A DNA stretch of 64,000 nucleotides. Source: an uncultured archaeon. Its GTDB lineage: Archaea; Asgardarchaeota; Lokiarchaeia; Sigyniarchaeales; SOKP01. The notes beneath the pieces were generated by a model, which saw only the letters and a list, made by a program, of their open reading frames with translations, was not told the origin of the DNA and did no database searches. The translations under genes and the position numbers were made by a program. Every line of letters begins with the position of its first letter. Positions within the stretch are counted from its first letter, which is position 1. Below, in pieces: positions 61,670 through 64,000 of this stretch. The stretch is taken from the NCBI GenBank assembly GCA_964486045.1, contig CAZALK010000018.1, forward strand, positions 149 to 64,148, read 5' to 3'.

Positions 61670-62962
61670 TTGAAATCGAGAAATGTTCAAGAATATGAAA
61701 TTTTTCTTAAAAAGAAAAAAGCTTATGAGTCAATTTTTTTAAAAGACAAAGTGGATAACCAGAGAAGTGTCAGTGATTTTGAGTATTCATTTAGGATTCT
61801 TTCTCAGAAAGAAAATAAAACGGGGATCGGAATTGTAAAAGGAAATTCAATGAAACCACGAGAAATTGAAAAAAATATTGACATTTGTATAGATTTATCA
61901 AAAATTAATTTGAGTTCTAAATACCATTTTCCGAGTAGATCCTCAACACAAAAAGTGTTAACATATGATAATAATGTTATAAATGATCCTATAGGTACTA
62001 AAAATGATTTAGTAGAAGAACTCTTATCTGAGATAAAACAAAATAAAGAGGTTCTACCAACTTTTGGTCGTTTTCGTGTTCATATTGATGAATTTTTCCT
62101 AAAAAATAGCAATTCTATTGATAGAAGTGCTTTAAGAACGTATTTTTTTCTTGAATTCTCCCTAAGAGCTCATAAAGAAGGAAAATTATCAGAATACTGG
62201 CCATTTCTCTATATTAAAGACAAAGATCAATTGAATTTTGCAAGAAGAGTAGAAAAGTGGGTATCTTTAGCACAAGATACCTTAAAAGCAAAATTTCCTA
62301 AACCTGCGAAGAGTGCAACTATTATTTTTTCCCCTCAAGTATTACACAATGCTCTTAATCCCGTAATTGGTGCTCACGCTTCAGGAAAAGCTTTTCATGA
62401 TAAAGTTTCATTATTTAAAATAAATGAAAATGTAGCTACCGAAAATATAACGATATTTGATGATGGATTATTAAATGGATGTCTTGCTACAAATGATTGG
62501 GATGGTGAGGGAACGCCACACCAAAGGCAAGAGATAATTAAGCAAGGAATCTTTCAGAAAATGCTTTTTGATCAGAAATATGGGATACTAGAAAATACCA
62601 TATCAACTGGAAACGGGATAAGAGCTATGGATGGATCCATTATTAATAGTATAAGTAATCTTGAAATCTTACCCGGGGAAATAGCCTTAGATGAGATGAT
62701 TTCAGGCCTAAAAGAAGGATACTATATTGAACAATTTTCCTGGTTAAGACCAAGTGAATTAACAGGGACATTTGGTGCAGAAATAAGAAATGGGTACTAC
62801 ATTAAAAATGGTAATTTCGAGACTCCAATTAAAATGGGAAATGTCAGCGGTAATGTTATACAAATGATCAAAAATTGTTTATCCATATCAAAAGAAAGGG
62901 AGTACACTTCCAATAATCTTTTTCCTTACATGGCATTTAAGAACTTAACCGTATCGTCCTAA
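61670..62962 (+). CDS. pmbA: PmbA/TldE-family protein
   Basis: WDGEG, STGNG and G.F...IRNGY motifs; lacks HExxxH; follows tldD. The true start may lie about 14 codons upstream. Confidence 0.88.
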   Translation: MKSRNVQEYEIFLKKKKAYESIFLKDKVDNQRSVSDFEYSFRILSQKENKTGIGIVKGNSMKPREIEKNIDICIDLSKINLSSKYHFPSRSSTQKVLTYDNNVINDPIGTKNDLVEELLSEIKQNKEVLPTFGRFRVHIDEFFLKNSNSIDRSALRTYFFLEFSLRAHKEGKLSEYWPFLYIKDKDQLNFARRVEKWVSLAQDTLKAKFPKPAKSATIIFSPQVLHNALNPVIGAHASGKAFHDKVSLFKINENVATENITIFDDGLLNGCLATNDWDGEGTPHQRQEIIKQGIFQKMLFDQKYGILENTISTGNGIRAMDGSIINSISNLEILPGEIALDEMISGLKEGYYIEQFSWLRPSELTGTFGAEIRNGYYIKNGNFETPIKMGNVSGNVIQMIKNCLSISKEREYTSNNLFPYMAFKNLTVSS

Positions 62963-63025
62963 GTCATATTTTATATTCCACCAATTTAACTAAGAAGAAT
63001 AAATATTTTTAAAAAAACACCCCTA

Positions 63026-64000
63026 TTAGAAGAAAGATGGCTCTCCTTCGAATTTTCTTACGGGTGGTTTCATTTTAGCTGTCTCTTCCGGAGATAAAAC
63101 TTCAACTAATTCATATTGCGAGTTACCCCTTCCCAATTTCTCAAGAAACCTAACAGCTTCATAAGGATCTTTGTAAGGGCCATGAAGTCTCGTGAAAGGG
63201 TGAAGATCTTCTTTAGGGTCTAAATTTACGTGTTTTAAAAAGGGGGGAATGTTTTTCTCTATAATACCTTCTTTTTTAATTAAATCGAGCGTCGCAGATT
63301 CAACTGCCACGATATCTTTTGATCCTAAAACTCCAATATCATTAATTACAGCTGGTTGAGCAAACCCCATACAATCGCAGAATGTAGTAATTTGGAGTGC
63401 AAAATTTAAGTAGAAAATCTTTGCTGGATTAAAAGTCTCAAGAACCTTATCTGTTGAAATTGCCATTAGTTCTTGAAATGCCGAGTAGCTTTCTCTGGGT
63501 ACTTTAAGAGCTCCTACATCAGCATCATTTTCGATACAAGAAAAGCATTGGTGACAATCATGATAATTTCTTATGAGGTTGTTATTCGCTCGAGTATATC
63601 GAAGTGCACCATAGGGACACGCTTCAACTAGTTTTTTTGCATGTTCAGCAGTTCCTTTCTCTTTATCCCAATATTTTTCAAATTGAGCCACACCATGTAT
63701 TTTCATCCATCGAGTCGCACCCGAGTAACCCCCAAGAGCAATATTCTTAATAGCTCCCCCATAACCACATGCTCCGTGCCCTTTTGCATGAGTTAAATCA
63801 ATTAGAACGTCAGCATCTTTAAGAACACCCCCAAGATCAAGTTTATCAATTCCTTTGTAATTGATTTCCACCGGAGTTATATAACCATCTTTTACTCCGG
63901 CGATTGGGATGATTGGACATCCGCACGTTTCTTGTGTATAACCTCTATTTACTGCATTATATACTGCAGTAGGGTTATCCGTAATGAAAGGGAAAGCTCC
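63026..64000 (-). CDS. DUF362 Fe-S protein (5' end outside the window)
   Basis: Frame is open to the window edge; THAKGH...GGAIKNIALG, CPYGA, CHQCFSC, FCDC and DIVAVE motifs. Confidence 0.88.
   Translation of the reverse strand, partial: GAFPFITDNPTAVYNAVNRGYTQETCGCPIIPIAGVKDGYITPVEINYKGIDKLDLGGVLKDADVLIDLTHAKGHGACGYGGAIKNIALGGYSGATRWMKIHGVAQFEKYWDKEKGTAEHAKKLVEACPYGALRYTRANNNLIRNYHDCHQCFSCIENDADVGALKVPRESYSAFQELMAISTDKVLETFNPAKIFYLNFALQITTFCDCMGFAQPAVINDIGVLGSKDIVAVESATLDLIKKEGIIEKNIPPFLKHVNLDPKEDLHPFTRLHGPYKDPYEAVRFLEKLGRGNSQYELVEVLSPEETAKMKPPVRKFEGEPSFF

Overview
AT-rich, gene-dense archaeal window, most likely from an Asgard archaeon (Lokiarchaeia/Promethearchaeota). The basis is its eukaryotic-signature-like genes: two Rab-like GTPases, an MglA-like GTPase, a tandem roadblock protein, a longin/uDENN-like protein, a gelsolin-domain protein, an LRR-TPR protein and two vWA-zinc-finger paralogs. 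Metabolic genes include hdrCB, an hdrA-mvhD fusion, fbaB, purA, abfD, tldD/pmbA, a PiT transporter and a di-myo-inositol-phosphate-type cluster; there is also a single-chain restriction-modification enzyme. No tRNA, rRNA, CRISPR array or intact transposase was recognised. Top finding: a zinc-ribbon/LURP-one gene (43646..42906, minus) is interrupted by a 30-nt insert carrying a stop codon. The insert folds into a bulge-helix-bulge (BHB) motif, and cutting at the canonical splicing-endonuclease sites removes exactly 43404-43433 and restores a 236-aa ORF, so it is a candidate tRNA-type intron in an mRNA. A weaker BHB-like candidate lies at 148-181. Also notable: an unannotated stand-alone TFIIS-type zinc ribbon, a candidate ~240-nt structured RNA, and duplicated promoter blocks around a 23-27 kb accessory region. 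All calls come from motif reading by eye; no searches were run.
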